A DNA stretch of 64,000 nt from Actinomycetota bacterium (GCA_038040395.1 JBBPIJ010000003.1:127131-191130), one strand, 5' to 3'; positions 17,338 through 26,739 are shown, counted from the stretch's first letter. The notes: generated from the sequence alone by a model not told the origin. Translations and numbers: made by a program.

Positions 17338-19932
17338 ATGCGCAACCTCCCTTCCGGAACCGTCACCTTCCTCTTCACCGACGTCGAGGGCTCGACCAAG
17401 CTTCTGCACGAGCTCGGGCCTGATCGCTACGCGGAGGCGCTAGCAGAGCACCGCCGCGTCGTGCGGGAGGCTTTCGGCGGCCACGGAGGGGTTGAGGTCG
17501 ACACCCAGGGCGACGCTTTTTTCGTCGCCTTCCCGACGGCTCCGGGTGCGCTCGAGGCAGCTGCCCAGGCGCTGCAGGCACTCGCCTCGGGCTCGATCCG
17601 GGTGCGGATCGGCATCCATACCGGCACGCCGCACGTGGCCGATGAGGGCTACGTCGGGGTCGACGTGCACCGCGCAGCGCGCATCGCCGCCGCCGGCCAC
17701 GGCGGGCAGGTACTCCTGTCGGAGACGACTCGCAATCTCGTAAGGATGGAGGTGCGCGATCTCGGTCTTCATCGGCTGAAGGATCTGGCCGAGCCGCTGC
17801 GGCTGTTCCAGTTGGGTGACGGCGACTTCCCGCCGCTCAAGACGCTGTACCGTACGAACCTGCCCGTTCCGGCCAGCGTGTTTGTGGGCCGCAGGCGCGA
17901 GGTCGCAGAGGTGGCGGCCGTACTCGCTCGCGCTGACGTGCGTCTCTTGACGCTGACGGGGCCGGGCGGAACGGGCAAGACGCGGCTCGGGTTGCAGGCA
18001 GCTGCTGACGCGTCGGATCGCTTTCCGGACGGAGTTTTTTGGGTGGGCTTGGCTGCTCTGGACGACCCACAGCTGGTACTGCCGAGCGTCGCGGACGCGC
18101 TCGAGGCGAAGGATGACTCGGCGGTGCACATCGCCGACAAGCGGATGCTCCTGTTGCTCGACAACTTCGAGCAGGTCGTGGACGCCGCGAACGATGTGGC
18201 CGCGCTGATTGGCGACTGCCCGAATCTGAACGTGATCGTGACCAGTCGCGAGCCACTGCACGTGACCGGCGAGCGGGTGTACGCCGTTCCCCCGCTAGAG
18301 GAACGTGACGCGACGTCGCTGTTTCGCGAGCGCGCGATCGCCGTGCGGTCGGATTTCAGCGCCGACGGTGTCGTGGGGGAGATCTGCCGCCGCCTGGAGG
18401 GTCTGCCGCTCGCGATTGAACTGGCTGCGGCGCGTATCAACGCGCTCTCGCCGGCGGCGATCCTCGAGCGGTTGCAGGAGCGGCTGCCCCTGCTGACGGG
18501 TGGCCCGCGTGACGCCCCGGAGCGCCACCGGACCCTCCGCGCGACGATCGGATGGAGCTACGAGCTGCTCACTCCGAACGAGCAGCGGCTGTTCGCTCGC
18601 CTCGCGGTGTTCGCAGGCGGCTGCACGCTCGAAGCGGCCGAGCATGTCTGCGACGCCGATCTCGACACTCTCGCGTCGCTGGTCGACAAGAGCCTCGCCC
18701 GCCATCGCGACGACCGCTACTGGATGCTCGAGACGGTTCGCGAGTACGCGGATGAGCAACTCGAAGCGACCGGAGAGCCAACTGAACTCCATCGGCTGCA
18801 CGCCGACTGGTTCAAAAGACTCGCGCGGACGGCTGAGCCGGAGCTCCGAGCGTTGCACCAACGGCCGTGGCTGGACGCGCTCGAGCGTGAGCTCCACAAC
18901 TTCCGTCGAGCTCTCACGTGGGCGCTCGAGGAGGGCGAGTGCGAGCTCGCGCTCACGCTCTTGAACGCCCTCGACCGATTCTGGGGGAATAAGGGGCGGT
19001 CTGCGGAAGCGCTCGCATGGTTCGATGGCGCGCTCGCGAAGGGTTCCGAGCTGCCGGTGGACATCCGTGCGCGGGCGCTGTGGATCGCTGGGAGGCACGC
19101 GGGGTTGGTTGACCGACGCGCACGTGCGCAAGCGCTGCTCGAGGAAGCCGCGCCTCTCCTCGCCCACGCCGGACGGCGAGAAGATCACGTGTTCTGCCTG
19201 TGTGAGCTCGCGAGCATCCAGCAAAGAGCCGGAAACGCGGTTGAAGCGACGCGGCTGTTGGATCAGGCGGTCAGGGAAGCGAAGGACCTCGGCCAGCCGC
19301 GCGCCTTGTCTGCAGCGCTCGGAGCTCGCAGCCATCTAGCAAGCGCGCGCGGCGACTACGCGGGCGCCCTCTCCCTGGCCGAGGAGAGCCTGTCGCTACG
19401 GCGCACCCTGAACGATCCCGCCGTCGTGCTCTCGTCTCTGTACGCGGTCGCACTCGCCGCGCTTGACGTCGGTGACGAGCATCGGGCCCGGATTCTGTTC
19501 CGCGAAGCCCTTGAGCTGGCGCGCAATCTTGGTCACCTCGTCATGATCGCTGCGTCGGCGGCGAACCTGGGCTATCTCGAGCTCTTCGGCGGCAATACAA
19601 CCGAGGCGCGGTCGCTGCTCCGGGAAGGCCTGAAGACCTTCACGGAGATGGGGCGTGAGAGTTTCGTAGCCGACTGCGTCAGCGGCGTCGCCGCCGTCGA
19701 AGCGGCCGAAGGCCGGCCCCGGTTCGCCGTCGTGCTGTGGGCCGCTGTCGACGCATCCTTCGCGCGCGTCGGTGGTCAGCTCGACCCGATCGATTCGCTT
19801 GGACGACAGCGGTTCGAGCCCCGCGCGAGGGCCACGCTCAGCGCCGAAGACCTGGTAGCGGCAGCCGAAGAAGGAGCTGCGATGACACTCGACGTGGCGA
19901 CCCAGCTCGCCCTTGAGACGTCGACGGAGTGA
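17338..19932 (+). CDS. Cyclase / STAND NTPase / TPR protein, beta subtype
   Basis: It has MRNLPSGTVTFLFTDVEGSTKLLHELG, TQGDAFFVAFPTAPGALEAA, DVHRAARI, GPGGTGKTRLG, LLLLDNFEQ and LEGLPLAIELAA, with a TPR-like tail. Confidence 0.85.
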   Translation: MRNLPSGTVTFLFTDVEGSTKLLHELGPDRYAEALAEHRRVVREAFGGHGGVEVDTQGDAFFVAFPTAPGALEAAAQALQALASGSIRVRIGIHTGTPHVADEGYVGVDVHRAARIAAAGHGGQVLLSETTRNLVRMEVRDLGLHRLKDLAEPLRLFQLGDGDFPPLKTLYRTNLPVPASVFVGRRREVAEVAAVLARADVRLLTLTGPGGTGKTRLGLQAAADASDRFPDGVFWVGLAALDDPQLVLPSVADALEAKDDSAVHIADKRMLLLLDNFEQVVDAANDVAALIGDCPNLNVIVTSREPLHVTGERVYAVPPLEERDATSLFRERAIAVRSDFSADGVVGEICRRLEGLPLAIELAAARINALSPAAILERLQERLPLLTGGPRDAPERHRTLRATIGWSYELLTPNEQRLFARLAVFAGGCTLEAAEHVCDADLDTLASLVDKSLARHRDDRYWMLETVREYADEQLEATGEPTELHRLHADWFKRLARTAEPELRALHQRPWLDALERELHNFRRALTWALEEGECELALTLLNALDRFWGNKGRSAEALAWFDGALAKGSELPVDIRARALWIAGRHAGLVDRRARAQALLEEAAPLLAHAGRREDHVFCLCELASIQQRAGNAVEATRLLDQAVREAKDLGQPRALSAALGARSHLASARGDYAGALSLAEESLSLRRTLNDPAVVLSSLYAVALAALDVGDEHRARILFREALELARNLGHLVMIAASAANLGYLELFGGNTTEARSLLREGLKTFTEMGRESFVADCVSGVAAVEAAEGRPRFAVVLWAAVDASFARVGGQLDPIDSLGRQRFEPRARATLSAEDLVAAAEEGAAMTLDVATQLALETSTE

Positions 19933-20102
19933 TCGGCTCATGGTGTAGCAGGGCAGACGTTTTGACCACAGGACGTGCGCCCGGGGAAAGTTCAGCTAAC
20001 GGAGCTTGAACGCAACCGAGTCGCCAACGGAGCTGCCCGGTAAACGCGTGGTAGACCGGCAGCCGCCTGGAGCGCACCAGGCGCTCGAACGCCCCCTCCG
20101 GC

Positions 20103-20270
20103 TGTACGAAGTCATCCCAGGCCGCCGCCGGTCTGCGGGATCTGGCGATTCCGGTCGCCTCGCTGGTGGTCTTCGCGCTCGTCGCGGCGGTCGCGGGGGT
20201 CGCCGCCGCGGCGCTCCCGGCGCGGCGCGCGGGCCGGCTCAACGTCCTCGCCGCTCTCCAGTACGAGTAG
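20103..20270 (+). pseudogene. C-terminal remnant of an FtsX/MacB-type ABC permease
   Basis: Frame 3 reads ..AAGLRDLAIPVASLVVFALVAAVAGVAAAALPARRAGRLNVLAALQYE*. This is the typical last TM helix and PARRAxRL..ALRYE ending of FtsX-family permeases. An in-frame stop lies at 20049, and no start or upstream domains are present. Confidence 0.6.
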
Positions 20271-20301
20271 CCAGACGACTCCGGCGCAAGCTGATCTCGA
20301 G

Positions 20302-20362
20302 TGGAGCTAGTCGGACTCGAACCGACGACCTCCTGGGTGCGATCCAGGCGCTCTCCGCACTA
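20302..20362 (-). pseudogene. tRNA-Ala(CGC) remnant lacking the 5' acceptor strand and D-stem
   Basis: The reverse complement reads ..AGTGCGGAGAGC-G-CCTGG/ATCGCAC/CCAGG-AGGTC-GTCGG/TTCGAGT/CCGAC-TAGCTCC-A. There is no complementary GGAGCTA 5' strand upstream. Confidence 0.65.
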
Positions 20363-20499
20363 GAAAAGACTTGGTTGAACCATTTCTAGGGCCTCGCAAG
20401 ATCGCCCCAACATCTCCCGCAACATTCTGCATCCGGTTCTGCAGAGCCTCCGGTGCCAGTGAAGCCAAACAATCAAACGGCTGGAAGCGAAGCACGCCT

Positions 20500-20563
20500 C
20501 GAGCCGACTGGACCACTTCCATGGGTAAGGAGGGGGTCTCCGGTTCGAGTCCGGAAGAGGGCT
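20500..20563 (+). other. Degenerate tRNA-like fragment (T-arm + acceptor 3' strand)
   Basis: It reads TCCGG/TTCGAGT/CCGGA-AGAGGGC-T, preceded by an imperfect anticodon-arm-like CTTCC/ATGGGTA/AGGAG. No matching 5' acceptor strand is present. Confidence 0.3.
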
Positions 20564-20581
20564 TCAAGGCGGGTCGTGTTT

Positions 20582-21349
20582 TCAGTGGGTATGCCCGTCG
20601 CGACCAGCTTCGCCCGCCGTCCGCCGTGCTTCCTCGAACGCCTCGAGTATGTCTTCCTGGCGAGGTGGAGACTCCAGAGTGTCGGCAAGGCGATCAAAGG
20701 GAAACCCGGTCGCACGGATCTTCTCGACTGTGGCTCCCACGTCGTAGATCGTCCGACGAAGCGTGACACCTGGGCCGAGGAGAGCCCAGTAGGCGCCGGG
20801 CTCCCGCTCGTAGGGCATCCCGACGCTCCCCGGATTGACAACTCGCACCGGGCTCTTGCGGTCGTACTGCATGTGGGTATGGCCACAGACGACGACGTGC
20901 TGCTCCACGTCCTCGAGTACTCGAACCAGCACGTCGTCCGGCGTGGCCTTCGTTATGAACTCCTCGTCACTGCGGGGGGTCGCGTGGCAGAAGAGCGTCG
21001 GCCCGAGCCATTCGATGTCGATCGCGACCGTCCTCGGAAGTCTTGCAACGAACTCGAGCTGATCATCGTCCAGCCGCTCCGCCGTCCAGCGGACAGGGGC
21101 GACGAGGTGAGGCGGGAGTTCCTCGGTCTCGTCGAGGCGGTCGACGACCTCGCGCTCGCTGTTCCCCGCAATGACGATGGCACGCTCGCCAAGCGCTCGC
21201 AGTCGCTCGATCGTCTCACTTGGGAAGGGGCCCCAGATGAAGTCGCCGCCGATGACGAGTCGATCGACGGGGAGCTTCTCGACCTCGGTCAGCACGGCCT
21301 CGAGGGCCGGGAGGTTGCCGTGGATGTCGTAGAGGGCGGCGACGCGCAT
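20582..21349 (-). CDS. Calcineurin-like metallophosphoesterase
   Basis: Motifs DIHGN, GGDFIWGP, GNSE and CGHTH are present. It is the last gene of a tight minus-strand four-gene cassette. Confidence 0.8.
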   Translation of the reverse strand: MRVAALYDIHGNLPALEAVLTEVEKLPVDRLVIGGDFIWGPFPSETIERLRALGERAIVIAGNSEREVVDRLDETEELPPHLVAPVRWTAERLDDDQLEFVARLPRTVAIDIEWLGPTLFCHATPRSDEEFITKATPDDVLVRVLEDVEQHVVVCGHTHMQYDRKSPVRVVNPGSVGMPYEREPGAYWALLGPGVTLRRTIYDVGATVEKIRATGFPFDRLADTLESPPRQEDILEAFEEARRTAGEAGRDGHTH

Positions 21350-21360
21350 TCGGCCGTGAG

Positions 21361-22284
21361 TTATGCGGAGCTGAACCGCCAGGTCTCAGCTACGCCAAGG
21401 CGGGCGAGAAGCCTACGGGCCTTGTCTAGGCGTTCCTCCAGATCGCGGTCGCTCGAATCGAAGAGAAAGCCAGCTAGGTCTCCACTGTGAGCGACCTGCA
21501 GACCTAGGGCGCCAACGTCCCGCACCTGCTGCTCCAGCGCCTCCAGCTGGGGCACCGGCAGGTGTCGCTGGTTCAGTCGCGCGCTCGTGCTCGCGACGAC
21601 ACCGACGGCATGTACGTCATCTTCGGCAAGCGCGTCGCGTAGGAGGAGCCTGAGCCTCTCGAATTCATTCACTTCGCCCGCCGAGTAGCGGGCGGGGGGG
21701 AAATCGAGCGTTGAGACTCCGGACCCATCGAGGCTGGTCGAGAAGCCCAGCACGTCCAGGCTCGGGAGGGGGACGCCGAAGTCCTCGAGGACGACGCCGT
21801 CACGCTGGGCGAACAGCACGGCGCGGTCGAACATCAGCGGGTCGGACGCGACCTCGGACCGGACCGCGAGCGCTGCGATTGCCGCCTGGTCCATCTGAGC
21901 GCCGGCCGCGGAGAGGATCGCTCGGACCGCGGCGACGATGTCGCTCGTGGAGGAGCCAAATCCGCGGCACACGGGAATCGCACCACGGATGACGAGGTGG
22001 GCGCCGACGTCGTCCAGGCCGAGCGCGTCCAATGCGAGGCGCGCGGCCGTGAGAGCCTTGACCTTCCACGCCGGCGTGACCTCTACCGTCCGCACCCCCG
22101 GCTCGAGAGAGGCGCGCACCTCAGCCTGGAACAGCGTGCATTGGAGGGTAACGAGGCCGCGCACGCACCTTCCATCGACCGAGAAGACGCCTTGCAGGAT
22201 CTCGCCGTGATGAGTGCCGGCTCGACCGATCCCGACCTCGGCGCCCTCCTCCCTGGACGCGTGAACGGTGCCGTGCCCGGTCAA
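21361..22284 (-). CDS. GHMP-family kinase, PduX (L-threonine kinase)-like
   Basis: It has the N-terminal GTHHGEILQG and GHMP motif II PVCRGFGSSTSD. It overlaps the upstream gene by 4 nt. Confidence 0.7.
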   Translation of the reverse strand: MTGHGTVHASREEGAEVGIGRAGTHHGEILQGVFSVDGRCVRGLVTLQCTLFQAEVRASLEPGVRTVEVTPAWKVKALTAARLALDALGLDDVGAHLVIRGAIPVCRGFGSSTSDIVAAVRAILSAAGAQMDQAAIAALAVRSEVASDPLMFDRAVLFAQRDGVVLEDFGVPLPSLDVLGFSTSLDGSGVSTLDFPPARYSAGEVNEFERLRLLLRDALAEDDVHAVGVVASTSARLNQRHLPVPQLEALEQQVRDVGALGLQVAHSGDLAGFLFDSSDRDLEERLDKARRLLARLGVAETWRFSSA

Positions 22285-24119
22285 GGCATCACCGCGGCTG
22301 CGGGCTCGGCCGTCAGGATTCCGGCGAGGGCGGCCGCGAAACGCCTGTTCTCGACCGGAGTCCGGGCCTTGACCCGAAGGTAGCCGTGCGCCTCCGACAT
22401 CGATTTTCCAGAGCAGTCCTTCACGAGCAGATCGTGCTCCACGAAGAGCCGTTGCGCGACGTCCGGCCCATCGACGCCCCCGGGGAGCCGGACGAAGCAG
22501 AAGCTCGCGCTCGAGGGTGACACCTCGACCCCCGGAATCTCTCTCAGGAGCGAGGCCAGCTCGTCGCAGTCGCGGCGGACGCGGCGACAGCTTTCCTCGA
22601 GCATCTTCCTGTAGCGGGGCAAGAGGCGGAGAAACGCCTCGGCTACGCCGTTGACGTTCCAGATCGGCAGCTTCGCGCGGACGAGGGCGGCGAGGTCGGC
22701 GTTTTCGGTCAGCAGGTAGGCGAGTCGGAGGCCAGGGATGCCGCAGGACATGCTGAAGCTCTTCACGACCGCCAGATTCGGATGAGCGTCGATTTCGTCC
22801 CTCAGCGTTTGCAAAGCCGGATCGGCGCAGAAGTCGACGAATGACTCGTCGACGATGAACAGCGTGCCGCGGCGCGCGAATCTCTCGGATAGGTCGAGGA
22901 GCTCCTCGCGCGGAACCACGAGTGAGGTCGGGTTGTTCGGAGAGCTGACGACGGCGAGCTCGACATCGGCCGCGTCGGCCGCCCCGAAGAACGTGTCCGC
23001 GTCAAGGCGGAACGCCGGAGGCTGAAGCGCAAAGCGGACGAGCTGACCTGGATGAAGCGCCTGTTCGTACTCGTTGAAAGTCGGGACAGGCACGACAGCA
23101 CGTCGAGTAACCGACCCGCAGACGACCTTGATCAGCTCCGAAGCGCCATTCGCGACGACGAGGCGATCTGGCGGCTGCTCGACGATGCCCGCCATCAGGC
23201 GCGCCAGTGTCGCTTGCCCCGCGGGATAGTCGGTCGCGACGCGGTCGAGCTCTTGCCGTAGATCGCGCAGCATCGGCTCCGGAGGGAAGTACACGTTGGT
23301 CATCACGAGGTGATCGACGGCACCGTGCCGCTGGAATCCGCCATGGCCACGCGCGAGCATCGCGAACCGCTCCTCCGGAGTCGAGAAGACGTACTCGGCC
23401 GTTTCCCAATCGTCGGCGTCGTCGATCTCACACCAGCGGCTGCAATCGACCGCTCGGAGACTGAGCCGTCCGCCGTGAATCGCCTCGGAGAGCACGGCCT
23501 CGTAGAAGTCCTGAACGCGCCCCTCTTCGATGAACCGCTCGAGGCCGGGGACGAGCTCCTCGCGAAGGAACGCTCTGCGCAGTACATAGACACTGGCGGT
23601 CTTGCGCGCAGGTTCGAAAGCGGGCTCGTCATCTCTGATGTCAACCATTCGGGCGACGTAGTTCTCGTCGTCGAGCTCGACCACCGTCCCTGTCATGCCA
23701 GGCTCGTACGCCGCCACCGGCACCAGGCTGTCCTCGCCCGGGCCGTCGAGCGCAACGAGCAGCTCTTGGTCGAAGACGACGTCACCGTCGAGTAAGTAGA
23801 CATCCTGGTCAAGCTCCTCGCGGGCGAGCCAAAGGGAATAGACGTTGTTCGTGGTTCGGTAGCGGTCCGAGACCGCGTAGCTAATCGTCAGGTCTTCAAT
23901 GGCGGACGAGATCTGGTCCAGGGAAGAGACGATCTCGTCGCCGCGGTGCCCGACGACGATGACGACCTCCCGGACGCCCCCGTTCCCCAGAGTGCGAAGT
24001 GTCCGATGCAGGAGCGGGATGCCCGCGACGGGGAGCAACGGCTTGAGCTCGCTCGCCGCCCTGCCGAGGCGGGTGCTTTGTCCCGCGGCCAGGATCACAG
24101 CCTTCGCGGGCCGGCTCAC
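22281..24119 (-). CDS. Bifunctional nucleotidyltransferase :: class I/II PLP enzyme (CobD/HisC-like decarboxylase/aminotransferase) fusion
   Basis: The N-terminus has AVILAAGQSTRLG..LLPVAG (NTP-transferase loop). The C-terminal half has VANGASELI, VSSPNNPTS, DESFVDF and KSFSMSCGIPGLRLAY. Confidence 0.75.
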   Translation of the reverse strand: MSRPAKAVILAAGQSTRLGRAASELKPLLPVAGIPLLHRTLRTLGNGGVREVVIVVGHRGDEIVSSLDQISSAIEDLTISYAVSDRYRTTNNVYSLWLAREELDQDVYLLDGDVVFDQELLVALDGPGEDSLVPVAAYEPGMTGTVVELDDENYVARMVDIRDDEPAFEPARKTASVYVLRRAFLREELVPGLERFIEEGRVQDFYEAVLSEAIHGGRLSLRAVDCSRWCEIDDADDWETAEYVFSTPEERFAMLARGHGGFQRHGAVDHLVMTNVYFPPEPMLRDLRQELDRVATDYPAGQATLARLMAGIVEQPPDRLVVANGASELIKVVCGSVTRRAVVPVPTFNEYEQALHPGQLVRFALQPPAFRLDADTFFGAADAADVELAVVSSPNNPTSLVVPREELLDLSERFARRGTLFIVDESFVDFCADPALQTLRDEIDAHPNLAVVKSFSMSCGIPGLRLAYLLTENADLAALVRAKLPIWNVNGVAEAFLRLLPRYRKMLEESCRRVRRDCDELASLLREIPGVEVSPSSASFCFVRLPGGVDGPDVAQRLFVEHDLLVKDCSGKSMSEAHGYLRVKARTPVENRRFAAALAGILTAEPAAAVMP

Positions 24120-24128
24120 CCGACCATT

Positions 24129-25550
24129 CTAGAACCCGCTGCCGAGCGCCCCCGGGCTCAGCGCAGGCATTTCTGCGTGGGCCTCGACGTCATCTACGCC
24201 GAGCAGTGAGCTGAGGGCAGCTCGCCCCACATCGTGCTGGTAGAGCCAAACGCTCGTGATCGCGCGCTCGTTGCTCGGCTCCCCGCCAACGCGCTTCGGG
24301 GCCCGGATGCCCACGCCGAGCCCGTACGACAACACGCCGGGGAGCGCGCGGCCGCGCCGATCGACGACCTCGGCATCGCCGGTCACGACGAGGCCGGCCG
24401 AGGATCGCGCGGGCTCGATGCGGGCCCCGGACTCTTCGAAGAGCTCCGGAAGCTGTGGTTCGTACCCCGTAGCGGCCACCACCAGGCCCGCTTCGCCGAG
24501 GGCAGCGGCTGCCTCGCGCCCGTCGTCGGTCGCTCCGAGCCGGAGGAGTCGTATTGGGAGACCGTTCTCGGCGAAGCCGAGCGCTCGGCGGGCGAGCTCC
24601 CGCGCATCGCCCTTGAGTCCGGCCACCCGGTTCACGCGCCCGCTCACCGGGCAGACGTCTCGCTTGGGATCAAAGGGGTACTGCTCCGCTTCCGCATCCG
24701 CCGTCGTGAGGTAGAAGAGCCGGATGGGACTCCGGTGCATGAGCGTCACGGTCGGCGGCATGCCGCGTTCGGTCCTGAACCTTGGATCATTCATCATCAG
24801 CCACGCGAGGGACCACGCGCTGTGCGAACCCCCGATGACCGCCACGCGCCCGGACGTCCTGACGGCGTCGATCAGACGGCGTGGCAAACAGATTCTCTCG
24901 TCGAAGAGCGCCGACGCGTGCCGCACTTTGGGTGCATAGGGCTCGAGCGTCAGCCCAGGAAGGATCTCGAGCTTCTCGAGGTGGTCAGGCGCTCGCCCAC
25001 CCATCGCGATCACGGCCTTATCGGCCCGGACGACACGAGCCGCGCCGTTTTCGGTGGCAACCGCAACGCCGCGGTCACCGACGCGCACCTCCCTCACCGT
25101 CGTCTCGCGTGCGACCGCGCAGGCGGAATGGCTCTCGAGGATCGCCTCGATCGCAGCCCCCAGCGAATCGAGATACGCCCCCGCGAGTTGCAGTGGTGCG
25201 TGCACGCCGCTCATCTTTCGCAGCTCCGCGGTCGCGGCGTCACCCCGCACGTCGTCAAACGGCCCGCTCTCGGGGATCTCGTCGAGCCCTTCGAGAAACG
25301 CGACGGCGAGCGAGTTCGACGAGATTGTGTAGTGACGCAAGCTGCCGCCGCCCAGACCCTGGCCGCGTTCAATGACGAGGACGCCCCGATCGAGGAGCTC
25401 GTCGAGGCGCCCTGTACGCGCTGCGCAGACGAACGGGCCGAGCGTTGCGGGGCCGCCACCGCAGAAGACAACTCCGAACTCCGCTTTCTTCCGCACGTCG
25501 GAAGCCAGGGGCCGGCGCAACTTTCCGACGCTTATCTCGGGAGTTGCCAC
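24129..25550 (-). CDS. Class B flavoprotein monooxygenase-like (N-hydroxylating / FMO-type) enzyme
   Basis: It has two dinucleotide-binding motifs (FCGGGPATLG and VIGGSHSAWS) and an ATGY motif (VVAATGYEP). Confidence 0.6.
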   Translation of the reverse strand: MATPEISVGKLRRPLASDVRKKAEFGVVFCGGGPATLGPFVCAARTGRLDELLDRGVLVIERGQGLGGGSLRHYTISSNSLAVAFLEGLDEIPESGPFDDVRGDAATAELRKMSGVHAPLQLAGAYLDSLGAAIEAILESHSACAVARETTVREVRVGDRGVAVATENGAARVVRADKAVIAMGGRAPDHLEKLEILPGLTLEPYAPKVRHASALFDERICLPRRLIDAVRTSGRVAVIGGSHSAWSLAWLMMNDPRFRTERGMPPTVTLMHRSPIRLFYLTTADAEAEQYPFDPKRDVCPVSGRVNRVAGLKGDARELARRALGFAENGLPIRLLRLGATDDGREAAAALGEAGLVVAATGYEPQLPELFEESGARIEPARSSAGLVVTGDAEVVDRRGRALPGVLSYGLGVGIRAPKRVGGEPSNERAITSVWLYQHDVGRAALSSLLGVDDVEAHAEMPALSPGALGSGF

Positions 25551-25609
25551 ATCAGTCTCCGGCTCAACACGCCTCGACTACCAGACGCAAGGAGCCACCC
25601 ACATCTTGC

Positions 25610-25857
25610 CACTAGGACGAACATGACGGCGGCCAGCACGCTTTCAGGGACGGACGGAGCTTCTTCCCCGGCGACGAACCGCTCGATCTCGTCAGCGATG
25701 TCGAGTGACAGGTAGATGCCGAAGTAGTCGTTGCCTGAGACGCGCATCAGCCGCGCATTGGGGATGCGCGACGCCACGTCCATCGTCTCGGCCTCGTACA
25801 AGGAGCGGTAGAGGAGCTGGTACGCAATCGCGCGACTCCACCGTTTCGCGCGTACTG
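25610..25857 (-). pseudogene. Remnant of the junction of an alpha/beta-hydrolase::cyclase fusion gene
   Basis: ..ASRIPNARLMRVSGNDYF..IADEIERFVAGEEAPSVPESVLAAVMF resembles a hydrolase C-terminus running into the start of a cyclase domain. Homology stops after VMF, and an in-frame stop lies just upstream (about 25858). Confidence 0.3.
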
Positions 25858-26213
25858 GATCTCAGCGTCGGCCAGCCCCCTGGACGTCCAGCTCTACCGC
25901 GACATTCTGCGCGATTCGCAACCGCGCGAGACAAACGACGGGACTTCAGCCGCTGAGGCAACCGAGCGGTAAATCGATCCCGGCAGAGGGCGCGCTGGCG
26001 CTGACCGTGAGAGTCAAGGTAACAAGGGCTACGTGCACCGGGCGAGCTACTGTGGCGCCTCGTGAACCCGAGAAAATCGTCGGAGAATCTACTGACCACA
26101 TGACTGACCACACGGCCCCTCTTGAGGGGTGCCGAAGACTGGAAACCTGGCCGGAGACGCTACTGAGGCTGTCGGGCCGATCATCGCGGCGCGCGAGGCG
26201 GGCGTCTCGGCGG

Positions 26214-26513
26214 TTACGCGCGACGCTCGAGCGCGTTCACGACCTCCATTCGTTCGACGCCGACAACTGTCCCGGCGGCGTTCGCTTCAGCCTGCGAACG
26301 CTGTTCGCCCGCGCGCTCCTCACTTGCGTCCATCGCCTCCCGGCTATCCCAGATCGACAGCGACACGCCTCTTCCCGTTTCCCGGTCGATCAGGCAATAC
26401 AGAGCACGAAGGCCAGGCATCTCGTTCTCGCGCGGGAGCGCCTGTTCCTGCGGCTCGGGCAGCAGGTCTATCCGATCCGGCTTGCCGTCGATGATCGTCA
26501 ACCGTCCGTACAT
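26214..26513 (-). CDS. Small ABM/Dabb-like protein (hypothetical)
   Basis: It is a 99-aa ORF with a ferredoxin-like pattern (..VSLSIWDSREAMDASE..). The assignment is weak. Confidence 0.45.
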   Translation of the reverse strand: MYGRLTIIDGKPDRIDLLPEPQEQALPRENEMPGLRALYCLIDRETGRGVSLSIWDSREAMDASEERAGEQRSQAEANAAGTVVGVERMEVVNALERRA

Positions 26514-26739
26514 CGGATCGCCACCTCCTCTCGGCGCAGATCATCCCATCGCGGATGGGGCGGCGCGCGCCGTCTTCGCCGCAGGCGAAACGGGCCTTCG
26601 TTCTGCCCTTCTCGTCCTAACTGCTTTAGCGTTGCCCCGGGGCAGAAGAGCCGTGAGTTTCACATCAAGCCTCTAGTAGTAGCTGAGGGATTGGCGAAAC
26701 GGGCGGTGGCGGGCGACGTAACTCGCTCCTCTGCGTCCG

